A stretch of DNA of 17,855 nt from Gemmatimonadales bacterium (GCA_041577295.1 JBFGJG010000067.1:1-17855), one strand, 5' to 3'. Positions 8,952-16,469 are shown, counted from the stretch's first letter. Notes: generated by a model not told the origin, from the sequence alone. Program-made: numbers and translations.

Positions 8952-9866
8952 TCACCTACTCTCTCCCAGGACCTCATCGCGGCGCGGTTCGGGGGGCGCG
9001 ATCCCGGCCTGGGACCCCCTTTCGGGCCTTACCAGAGGGCCGAGGGACGCCAGGTATTGTCGTGTCGCCGAGCCACCATCGTAGACGTCGAATCGCACCG
9101 CAGAATCGCGAAAGCTCTTGAGTGGCTGTCCCAACCCGCGCAGCCCCACCTCCCGGCTCCTTCGTACGCGGTCGAGGTCGATTTCGAGAGGAATCAATTC
9201 TTCGGTCGAGCCGGCTTGATACAGCACGTCCCCAGCTGGTCCGACGATGATCGAGCGACCGTTTCCACCGTCTCCAACTCCGTTGATGTCCACGACGAAG
9301 CACTGATTGGTGGCGGCGGTCGCGCGCGCAATGGCCAGCTCGACATCCCGGTCGATCGTCGTCGTCATCGACGGATGGATGATGACTTCCGCTCCCATGG
9401 CCGCGAGCGTACGTGACGTTTCCGGAAACCACATGTCGTAACAGATCGAGACACCGAATCGGCCGATGTCCGGCACATCGAACACCAGAAACGAGTCACC
9501 GGCTTCGACGTGCAACTCGTACGGTTGGAACGGAAAAACCTTACGATACCGCCCCACGACTTTGCCGGCCGGATCGATGACCGAGCTGGTGTTGTAGACC
9601 TTCTTGCCCTTGAGCTCGAACATTGACCCCGTCACGAGCCACAGTTTATGCTTGGCCGCCATCTCTTGTAACGCACGCTCGCTGGGGCCGGGCAGCGGCT
9701 GGGCTTTCGTCGTCGACGGCCCGCAGGCCGCCAGCTCGCTGTACACGACCATCTGCACCCATGGAAACAGGTGCATGAGGTAATCGAGCCTCGCCCGCAT
9801 GTGAGGCAGGTTGTCCCCGGTGCCTCGTAACGCGAGCTGCAAACCGGCAATGGCGAACGGTTTCAT
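8952..9866 (-). CDS. Carbon-nitrogen hydrolase (nitrilase superfamily, amidase-like), 304 aa
   Basis: Glu-Lys-Cys triad: YSEL (E44), YRKVFP (K109), ICYDMWFPE (C142). Also YNT, GAEVIIHP and GRSIIVGPAG. Confidence 0.92.
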   Translation of the reverse strand: MKPFAIAGLQLALRGTGDNLPHMRARLDYLMHLFPWVQMVVYSELAACGPSTTKAQPLPGPSERALQEMAAKHKLWLVTGSMFELKGKKVYNTSSVIDPAGKVVGRYRKVFPFQPYELHVEAGDSFLVFDVPDIGRFGVSICYDMWFPETSRTLAAMGAEVIIHPSMTTTIDRDVELAIARATAATNQCFVVDINGVGDGGNGRSIIVGPAGDVLYQAGSTEELIPLEIDLDRVRRSREVGLRGLGQPLKSFRDSAVRFDVYDGGSATRQYLASLGPLVRPERGSQAGIAPPEPRRDEVLGESR

Positions 9867-9882
9867 CGATCAGTGATCACGG

Positions 9883-11229
9883 TTAGGAAGTGGCAACCGT
9901 TGCTCCTCGGGTCGGTTGCGGTGCGTCCGATCCGGAGAACACCCGCAGCACCTCGTCTTCCAAGACATCGAGGCCGCGTTCCAGCTGCTCATCCGTGATG
10001 ACCAGCGGGGAAAGTACGCGAATCACGTTTCCGTAGGTTCCCGCCGAGATCACGAGCACGCCACGCCGAACGCACGAGGCGAGGATTTCCTTGACCTGCG
10101 CCGTCGCCGGTTTGGAGCGATCGGCGGGGTCCACAAACTCCGCCGCGATCATCGCGCCGAGACCGCGCACGTCTGCCACCGCGGCGCAGCGGCGTGCGAG
10201 GGCGGTAAACCGCTCGCGCACCTGCTGACCGATGGCACGCGCCCGGCCGTTCAGATCTTGTTCTTCCATGTACCGGATGGTTGCCAGCGCGGCGGCACAG
10301 GCTACGGGATTCCCGCCATAGGTACCCCCGATCGTACCGGGGCGCGCGCCATCCATGACGTCCGCCCGTCCCACCACCGCCGCGACCGGCAAGCCACCAC
10401 CCATCGATTTGGCCCAGGTGGAGAGGTCTGGGACCACGTCGTAGTGTTGATACGCGGCCCACCTTCCGGTGCGGCAGAAACCGGTCTGGACTTCGTCGAA
10501 GATCAATACGATCCCGTGTTCGTCACAGATGTCACGGAGCCCACGCAGGTATCCCTGCGGGGCCGGGACGAATCCTCCCTCGCCCTGAACGGGCTCGATC
10601 AGAATCGCGGCGACCTGATCGGCGGCGACCACACTCGAGAACGACGCGCGGAGCCGTTCCAATTCACGGGTCACAAAATCATCTGTCGAGAGGCCATCGC
10701 CGTAACGGAAGTGATTCGGGAATGGGAGACGGTAGATCTCTGGCGCAAACGGTCCACAACCAATCTTGTAACCCACCTTGGACGTCAATGACATTCCGAG
10801 GAGCGTGCGCCCGTGAAAGCTCTCGGTGTAGCAAATGATGCCGGGACGTCCCGTCGCCTGTCTGGCAATTTTGACGGCGTTTTCCACTGCTTCCGCGCCA
10901 CTGTTGACCAGCATGGCTTTTGTCGTGTCGCCGTGTGGGAAGAGCTCGACGAGGCGCTCGCACAACGCGACGTATGGCTCGTAGGTGGCGATGTGAAAGC
11001 AGGTGTGTTGCAGTTTGGCAGCCTGCTCGTGAATGGCACGTACTACAGTCTTTTGACAGTGCCCGGCGTTCATCGTGCCGATCCCGCCGGCGAAATCGAT
11101 CAACTCGTTCCCCTCGGCGTCCACGAGCAACGCCCCGCGAGCCGACGCGACCGTCGCGGGGGTGACGGTTGGGACTCCCCTGGAGACGACAGCGGCGCGC
11201 CTGGCCAGGAGATCGGCGTTGTTACCCAT
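9883..11229 (-). CDS. gabT: 4-aminobutyrate/5-aminovalerate aminotransferase (class III PLP), 448 aa
   Basis: Motifs IDFAGGIG, NSGAEAVENAVK, FHGRT, EPVQGEGGF, FDEVQTGFCRTG, PLP-lysine WAKSMGGG, GGTYGGNP and NVIRVLSPL, consistent with the GabT/DavT/PuuE fingerprint. Purine-rich SD AAGGGAAAGGG upstream. Confidence 0.85.
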   Translation of the reverse strand: MGNNADLLARRAAVVSRGVPTVTPATVASARGALLVDAEGNELIDFAGGIGTMNAGHCQKTVVRAIHEQAAKLQHTCFHIATYEPYVALCERLVELFPHGDTTKAMLVNSGAEAVENAVKIARQATGRPGIICYTESFHGRTLLGMSLTSKVGYKIGCGPFAPEIYRLPFPNHFRYGDGLSTDDFVTRELERLRASFSSVVAADQVAAILIEPVQGEGGFVPAPQGYLRGLRDICDEHGIVLIFDEVQTGFCRTGRWAAYQHYDVVPDLSTWAKSMGGGLPVAAVVGRADVMDGARPGTIGGTYGGNPVACAAALATIRYMEEQDLNGRARAIGQQVRERFTALARRCAAVADVRGLGAMIAAEFVDPADRSKPATAQVKEILASCVRRGVLVISAGTYGNVIRVLSPLVITDEQLERGLDVLEDEVLRVFSGSDAPQPTRGATVATS

Positions 11230-11327
11230 CGTGGTGCCCTTTCCCTTGGGAGAACTGCACTTACGTCGCCGAGGTGTCGAGCGTGGGGCGGCGGGACGCA
11301 GGCAGGGTGGCGGCTAAGCGCTTTCTG

Positions 11328-11356
11328 AGCATAGCGTTAGAAGAGCCCCATCGCAA
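11328..11356 (-). promoter_or_regulatory. Candidate sigma70 promoter for the gabT operon: TTGCGA-N17-TATGCT
   Basis: Minus-strand -35 at 11356-11351 and -10 at 11333-11328, with an exact 17-nt spacer, about 100 nt upstream of the gabT ATG. Confidence 0.5.
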
Positions 11357-11392
11357 GCGGATTGGGGCGAGCTGCGCCTGTCGGGCTGTTGC

Positions 11393-11421
11393 TTGATGCG
11401 ATTCTCGGGCGTTCATAAGTT
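11393..11421 (+). promoter_or_regulatory. Candidate sigma70 promoter for the divergent AhpD-like/dodecin cluster: TTGATG-N17-TAAGTT
   Basis: -35 at 11393-11398 and -10 at 11416-11421, 17-nt spacer, about 43 nt upstream of ATG 11465. Confidence 0.4.
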
Positions 11422-11464
11422 GCCGCGTCCAAGTTTGAGACCGAGAAATCACCACCGAGGTACC

Positions 11465-11967
11465 ATGCCGCACTTGCGATCCCTCCCTCACGACGCCGTC
11501 CTGCTCGACGTCTTTAAGCGATATCCCGACACGGCGCTTCCGCTGCTCGAGTATCACCAAGCGTTGATGCGGGGCGACTCGCCGCTCACGGTGGCACAGC
11601 GCGAGTTGATCGCCGCGTTGGTCTCCTCACTCAACGGGTGCGGGTACTGTCACGGAGTGCACGCGGCCACTGCACGAGTCTTTGGTGTCGCCGACGGTGT
11701 GCTCGAGGCGTTGGTGCACGATGTCGACACCGCCCCCGTGAACGACCGCTTACGCCCGCTGCTTCGGTTTGTGCGCAAGCTCACGATGACGCCCGCGCGA
11801 GTGACACGCTCCACGATACGGTCAGCGTGTGTGCGCTGTTCAACTTCATGAATCGATTCGTCGATGGACTCGGCATCACCGCCGACCGCGAGTACTTTCG
11901 ACTCGCCTCGAGTCGGCTCTCAGAGCACGGGTACGTCGGATTGGTGAGGAAGGTGAAGGAGAGCTGA
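11465..11967 (+). pseudogene. AhpD/carboxymuconolactone decarboxylase-family peroxidase-like gene with a frameshift and apparent internal deletion near 11807-11809
   Basis: ATG 11465 after GAGG. Frame A gives MPHLRSL...RELIAALVSSLNGCGYCHGVH...LRFVRKLTMTPARVT (CxxC..H motif). The family-typical C-terminus LHDTVSVCALFNFMNRFVDGLG continues in another frame from 11809 to TGA 11967. Confidence 0.8.
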
Positions 11968-12045
11968 GTCGTCATACTGATATCTCCCGCGTCGTCTGCC
12001 CGTTTCAGGAGAGGCAGCGGATCAGATCATGACTGGAGGTAGCGA

Positions 12046-12252
12046 ATGATCGCCCATGTATACAAGACCATTGAACTGGTGGGTTCGTCGAAGAAAAGCG
12101 TTGAAGACGCAGTGGAGCAGGCGCTGGGGAGGGCATCGAAGACAGTCCGCAATATGCGGTGGTTTCAGATTGTCGAGACGCGAGGAACTGTGGAAGGCAA
12201 CGGCGTCGGGTACTGGCAGGTGACGTTGAGGGTTGGCTTTACGCTCGAGTAA
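12046..12252 (+). CDS. Dodecin (flavin-binding protein), 68 aa
   Basis: HVYKTIELVGSS...A..RASKTVRNMRWFQIVETRG...WQVTLRVGFTLE matches the dodecin pattern. SD GGAGGT at 12035-12040. Confidence 0.93.
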   Translation: MIAHVYKTIELVGSSKKSVEDAVEQALGRASKTVRNMRWFQIVETRGTVEGNGVGYWQVTLRVGFTLE

Positions 12253-13820
12253 TGCACAAGCCACCGTGCGACGAGGGCGTCGTCCGTGGGACGCCCGCAG
12301 GAACCGCATGTACCGCTCGCGTAGGGCGGGCGGTGCTGGCGGCGGCTATTCTCGGCTCGAGCCTCGCGTTTATCGATGGATCGGCGGTCAACGTGGCGCT
12401 CCCGGCGCTGCAGGAGACGCTCGGCGCGTCTATCGTCGATGCGCAATGGGTGGTGGAGGCCTACGCGCTCACGCTCGCCGCGCTAATGCTCACCGGTGGC
12501 TCCCTCGGGGATCACTATGGTCGTCGGCGAATCTACATGCTTGGGCTGGGACTCTTCGCGATCGCGTCTGCCTGGTGCGGCGTGGCGCCAGACGTGAGTC
12601 AGCTCATCGCCGCGCGCGCGGTCCAAGGTGTGGGAGGTGCGCTGCTTGTGCCAGGAAGTCTGGCGCTGATCAGCTCGACCTTCGCTGACGAGCAACGTGG
12701 TCGAGCCATCGGTACGTGGGCAGGCGCCACAGCCATCACCGCGGCGATCGGCCCCGTCATGGGCGGGTGGTTTACTGAACAGGTCTCGTGGCGCGGGATC
12801 TTCTTCATCAATCTGCCGCTCGCCGCGGTGGCATTGCTGATTCTCCGGACGCGCGTGCCGGAGCCACCGCTGCCGCCGCAGTCGACACGACTTGATCTCC
12901 CCGGCACGGTCCTCGCTTCGCTCGGGCTCGGCGGAATCATTTTTGGCCTGATCGAATCCCAACAGCTCGGTCTCACCGCCCGCCCGGTCCTCCTGGCATT
13001 GCTAGGCGGCACGAGTGCCATGATCGGCTTTCTCGTGTGGGAGCGCCGCTCCGAGCACCCCATGCTCCCCTTACGGATGTTCCGGTCGTCGACGTTCAGC
13101 GGTGCCAACGCCCTCACACTGCTGCTGTACGCCGGGCTTGGAGGCGCGCTGTTTTACTTTCCGTTCAATCTGATCCAGGTACAGGGATACTCCGCCACGG
13201 CGGCGGGTGCCGCCTTTGTGCCATTCATTTTGATCATGTTCCTGCTGTCCCGTTGGGCCGGAGGCCTCGTCGAGAAGTACGGCGCGAGACCACCGCTGGT
13301 GGTTGGCCCTGTCATCGCCGCGCTGGGTTTCGCGCTGTTCACCCTTCCCGGTATTGGCGGGACGTATTGGGAAACGTTCTTTCCCGCCGTTGCGGTGTTG
13401 GGTCTCGGGATGGCGGTGAGCGTGGCTCCGCTCACAACCGCTGTGATGAACGCCGTGGGAGAAGATCGCGTTGGCGTTGCCTCCGGTGTCAATAATGCCG
13501 TCTCGCGTGTGGCCGGGCTGGTGGCCGTCGCCGCGATGGGGATGTTGCTGCTGGCGATCTTCCGCCAAGAGGTGACGGTTGCCCTGAGCGGCTCCGAGGT
13601 GCCTCAGGTCGCCCGCGATATGGTATCGGCGCAGATGACGCAGATGGGGGCGATCGACGTGTCGACGCTGGGCGGGGATCTAGCGGCCAATGTTCGGTTG
13701 GTAATCCAAGAAGCGTTCGTTCGAGGATTCCGTGGCGTTATGTGGGTCGCGGCCGCGCTTGCGGCGTTGAGCGCGCTCACCGCAGCGTTCTCGATCGAGC
13801 GGGATCAGGCGAAGTCGTAA
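12252..13820 (+). CDS. MFS transporter, DHA2/EmrB-QacA-like (14-TM), ~522 aa (start revised from 12159 to 12252)
   Basis: Motifs IDGSAVNVALP, WVVEAYAL, GGSLGDHYGRRR (motif A), RAVQGVGGALLVP, GPVMGGW, WRGIFFINLP and ASGVNNAVSRVAG. The ATG overlaps the dodecin TAA as TAATG at 12250-12254. Confidence 0.92.
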   Translation: MHKPPCDEGVVRGTPAGTACTARVGRAVLAAAILGSSLAFIDGSAVNVALPALQETLGASIVDAQWVVEAYALTLAALMLTGGSLGDHYGRRRIYMLGLGLFAIASAWCGVAPDVSQLIAARAVQGVGGALLVPGSLALISSTFADEQRGRAIGTWAGATAITAAIGPVMGGWFTEQVSWRGIFFINLPLAAVALLILRTRVPEPPLPPQSTRLDLPGTVLASLGLGGIIFGLIESQQLGLTARPVLLALLGGTSAMIGFLVWERRSEHPMLPLRMFRSSTFSGANALTLLLYAGLGGALFYFPFNLIQVQGYSATAAGAAFVPFILIMFLLSRWAGGLVEKYGARPPLVVGPVIAALGFALFTLPGIGGTYWETFFPAVAVLGLGMAVSVAPLTTAVMNAVGEDRVGVASGVNNAVSRVAGLVAVAAMGMLLLAIFRQEVTVALSGSEVPQVARDMVSAQMTQMGAIDVSTLGGDLAANVRLVIQEAFVRGFRGVMWVAAALAALSALTAAFSIERDQAKS

Positions 13821-13833
13821 CGAGGTGCGCGTC

Positions 13834-14493
13834 ATGCAGCGTCCGATAACAATCGAGGTCCCCGACGTCGGCCGTGTCACCGCCCGGTGGATGCGTCCCG
13901 ATGACGCGACGGCCGCATACGTACTTGCCCACGGCGCCGGAGCCGGCATGCATCACGCGTTCATGGAGGGGGTGGCGGAAACGCTCGCAGATCGCCGGAT
14001 TGCCACGCTCCGCTACCAGTTTCCGTACATGGAAGCGGGACGGCGCAGTCCCGACCCACCCGCGCGGCTGCAAGCCACTGTGCGCGCCGCCGTAACTCGC
14101 GTTGCTGAGCTCGACCCCAACCTCCTGGTCGTTGCGGGAGGGAAATCGTTGGGTGGGCGCATGACCTCGATGGCCCAAGCGGAAGAAGCGCTGCCGTATG
14201 TCCGCGGTCTCGTGTTCCTGGGCTTTCCGCTCCACGCTCCCAAACGACCGAGCGATACGCGGGCCGAACACCTCAGACGCGTGAATGTCCCGATGCTCTT
14301 CGTACAAGGCACGCGCGACAACCTTGCCGACTTGAGGCTGCTGTCACCCATCATCAAACAGCTCGGTGCAAGCGTGCACATTGTTGAAGACGGCGATCAC
14401 TCATTCAAAGTCCCCAAACGCACCGGTCGCTCAGCGGAGGAAGTGCTCGCAGAGCTTGCGGACGCGATTGGAAGCTGGGTCTGCGACTTGTGA
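13834..14493 (+). CDS. Alpha/beta-fold hydrolase (KANL3/Tex30-like bacterial family), ~219 aa
   Basis: LAHGAGAGM, nucleophile elbow GGKSLGGR, FLGFPLH, QGTRD (Asp) and GDHSF (His). SD GAGGTG at 13822-13827 favours ATG 13834. Confidence 0.88.
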   Translation: MQRPITIEVPDVGRVTARWMRPDDATAAYVLAHGAGAGMHHAFMEGVAETLADRRIATLRYQFPYMEAGRRSPDPPARLQATVRAAVTRVAELDPNLLVVAGGKSLGGRMTSMAQAEEALPYVRGLVFLGFPLHAPKRPSDTRAEHLRRVNVPMLFVQGTRDNLADLRLLSPIIKQLGASVHIVEDGDHSFKVPKRTGRSAEEVLAELADAIGSWVCDL

Positions 14494-14529
14494 AACAAAA
14501 AGGCGGCCGTGCCACCTAGCACGACCGCC
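14493..14529 (-). terminator. Rho-independent terminator for the DUF4397-like gene
   Basis: On the minus strand: GGCGGTCGTGC-TAGGTG-GCACGGCCGCC (11-bp stem with one G-U pair) followed by TTTTTGTTT. It lies between convergent genes. Confidence 0.8.
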
Positions 14530-14548
14530 GAGTTGTTGGCAATGGGAC

Positions 14549-15418
14549 TCAGTCTGGGAAAACAAAACCCAGCGCTCCGTCCTGTGTGACGGCCAGCAAA
14601 CCAAACGGCGGATCACCACCCAGTAGCCCGGTGGCGATCGCATACACCTCGGCACCCTTCGGCAGTGGCGGAATACCAAACGCCCCGACGAGGCCCAGCG
14701 GCTCACCCGCAAGGACACCAACACTCAATGGAGTGTTGGCCGGAAGCGCGACGCCCTCAGCACCCGTGTCCGCGAATCGTGGCAACGCGGGAACCTCTAC
14801 GGAGCCATCGTTGCCAAGATCGAGGGCGACGGTTGGCGCATTCGCCCCGGCGTGCACGACACGCACACGAGCACCGTCAAACTTCCTTGGGAACCGGTCG
14901 AGCAGCGGAAGCAGGCGGAACTTGTCTGCGGGGTCGCTCGAGCCGAGCAAACCTGCCGCGATGGTCGTGATCCGCGACCACGGCGCAATCTTGACTGGGC
15001 CCACCGCAAACGCCGGTGGACTGTTGGCCGGCGCACCTGCGGCGCGTAGCTCGACGCGGTAGGATCCCGCCGGGATCTTCGCGTAACCAGTTGCCTGTCC
15101 GTACGCCAGGTTCCGAATGACGATGGGCTTCCGGACATCGGACTTGCGGCCGTACGTCCCCGCGTAATAGCGCCGGCTGTCACGTAGCAGATACACGTCC
15201 ACCGCCGGTGCATCAGGCGAGGCGTGGATCACCCGGATCTTGGCCGGGGAGATCCGACCCCGTCGGCCTTTGGTGTAGTACCCGCCATGGGATGCCGCAG
15301 CGACATCGTCGTCAACGGCAACCACTTCGTCCGGAGCCAAAGAGTTGTCCGAACAGGCTGAGGCGACGAGAGCTGCCAATCCGATGGCCAGCAGAGACTT
15401 AGTCTTCACACGCCACAT
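14549..15418 (-). CDS. Predicted lipoprotein with two DUF4397-like beta-sandwich repeats, ~289 aa
   Basis: Signal peptide MWRVKTKSLLAIGLAALVASA-C with a lipobox-like Cys. Repeats IRVIHASPDAPAVDVY and VRVVHAGANAPTVALDL. SD AGGAGG at 15432-15427 favours ATG 15418 over GTG 15427. Confidence 0.8.
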   Translation of the reverse strand: MWRVKTKSLLAIGLAALVASACSDNSLAPDEVVAVDDDVAAASHGGYYTKGRRGRISPAKIRVIHASPDAPAVDVYLLRDSRRYYAGTYGRKSDVRKPIVIRNLAYGQATGYAKIPAGSYRVELRAAGAPANSPPAFAVGPVKIAPWSRITTIAAGLLGSSDPADKFRLLPLLDRFPRKFDGARVRVVHAGANAPTVALDLGNDGSVEVPALPRFADTGAEGVALPANTPLSVGVLAGEPLGLVGAFGIPPLPKGAEVYAIATGLLGGDPPFGLLAVTQDGALGFVFPD

Positions 15419-15454
15419 CGCTTGCACCTCCTGTTTGGGATCGAATGGAGGCTC

Positions 15455-15483
15455 AAACTAGGACGTCAGTCCATTGAAGTCAA
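15455..15483 (-). promoter_or_regulatory. Candidate sigma70 promoter for the DUF4397-like lipoprotein: TTGACT-N17-TAGTTT
   Basis: Minus-strand -35 at 15483-15478 and -10 at 15460-15455, 17-nt spacer. An AT-rich, UP-element-like tract lies just upstream (15484-15520) in an otherwise GC-rich window. Confidence 0.6.
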
Positions 15484-15608
15484 AGAAAAAAGTTAGACAA
15501 CTTTGTAACAGTTTAATGAAGCTTCCCTTTTCAGGATGGCCCCGCCCGCACACTTTCACCGGCGCTGCTGGTGACTAGAAGGAGAAAAAGGAGAAAGGGG
15601 AATTAGCC

Positions 15609-16022
15609 ATGGCTGGCCGCTGGATCGTGAAGACTGAGCCCACGACGTACAGCTATCAGGATCTCGAACGGGAGAAGCGAACGGTGTGGGATGGGGTCAA
15701 GAACAATCTCGCCCTGCGCCACATTCGCGCGATGGCCAAGGGCGATCGGGTGATGGTGTACCATTCCGGGAAGGAAAAGGCGGTCGTCGGTCTGGCCGAG
15801 ATCGTGAAGGGTCCTTATCCCGATCCCGGGTCGAAGGATCCGAAGCTGGTGGTGGTAGATCTGGCCGCGAAAGGAGCGATTCTCAAACCGGTGACGCTGG
15901 CGGACATTAAAGCGGACAAGGCGTTCAAGGACCTTGCATTGGTACGAATGCCGCGCCTCTCGGTCATGCCGGTCGACGCTAAGCTATGGAACAAGTTGTT
16001 GGCGATGGGTGGGAAGAAATAG
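15609..16022 (+). CDS. EVE-domain (PUA-like) protein, 137 aa
   Basis: WIVKTEPTTYS, WDGVKNNLA...MAKGD.VMVYHSG, PYPDP, PVTLADIK and RLSVMPV are characteristic EVE motifs. Purine-rich SD upstream. Confidence 0.92.
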   Translation: MAGRWIVKTEPTTYSYQDLEREKRTVWDGVKNNLALRHIRAMAKGDRVMVYHSGKEKAVVGLAEIVKGPYPDPGSKDPKLVVVDLAAKGAILKPVTLADIKADKAFKDLALVRMPRLSVMPVDAKLWNKLLAMGGKK

Positions 16023-16051
16023 GCGGCTTCAACGCGGGCGCCGAAGCCGCC
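16014..16051 (-). terminator. Hairpin terminator between the convergent EVE and msrB genes
   Basis: Perfect 9-bp inverted repeat GGCGGCTTC (16022-16030) / GAAGCCGCC (16043-16051), extendable by G-U pairs on the minus strand and followed there by TATTTCTT. Confidence 0.6.
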
Positions 16052-16058
16052 ACCCTGC

Positions 16059-16469
16059 TTACTCGTCCTTCTTCTCGGGATCGAGCTCCAGTGCCGCTGA
16101 ATTGATGCAGTAGCGGAGTCCCGTGGGCTTGGGGCCGTCGTTGAAAACGTGGCCGAGGTGCGCGTCGCACGAGGCGCAGAGGACCTCCGTTCGGCTCATC
16201 CCGAACGAGCGGTCTGTCTCGGTGCGTACCTGCTCGGCGGCGGTTGGCTCCCAGAAGCTTGGCCATCCGGTTCCCGATTCGTATTTCGCGTCAGAGCTGA
16301 ACAACGCGGCGTCGCAGCACACGCAGCGATATGTGCCCGGGTCCTTGCAAGCATGGTATTTCCCCGTGAACGCTGGCTCCGTTCCCTTCTCCCGCGTAAC
16401 GTGATACTGCTGTGGCGTGAGCTTGTCTCGCCAAACGCTGTCTGGCTGCTCGACCTTTTTATTTGTCAT
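16059..16469 (-). CDS. msrB: Peptide-methionine (R)-S-oxide reductase MsrB, ~136 aa (start revised from 16610)
   Basis: [12 protein letters not shown], Zn-binding CVCC and [29 protein letters not shown] and catalytic RYCINS. ATG 16469 overlaps the MOSC TGA (TGATG), with SD AAGGAAAGGGG upstream. Confidence 0.95.
   Translation of the reverse strand: MTNKKVEQPDSVWRDKLTPQQYHVTREKGTEPAFTGKYHACKDPGTYRCVCCDAALFSSDAKYESGTGWPSFWEPTAAEQVRTETDRSFGMSRTEVLCASCDAHLGHVFNDGPKPTGLRYCINSAALELDPEKKDE

Noticed and set aside
2752..10791. Long plus-strand ORFs antisense to the operon (e.g. 2752-3525, 5358-6059, 7059-7667, 9916-10791)
   Set aside because: They mirror well-supported minus-strand genes and carry no recognisable motifs. 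They are expected from codon bias in GC-rich DNA.
11261..11332. Possible leader peptide MLRKRLAATLPASRRPTLDTSAT upstream of gabT
   Set aside because: Its ATG overlaps the predicted -10 box, it has no SD, and there is no attenuator hairpin or amino-acid run.
11968..12045. FMN riboswitch upstream of dodecin
   Set aside because: The region is too short (78 nt) and lacks the conserved RFN motifs. It is kept only as a generic structured-leader candidate.
12159..12251. MFS start at 12159
   Set aside because: It overlaps the dodecin gene. The TAATG overlap supports 12252.
15609..16022. EVE gene as part of a modification-dependent restriction or defence system
   Set aside because: No nuclease, toxin or methyltransferase is fused or adjacent.
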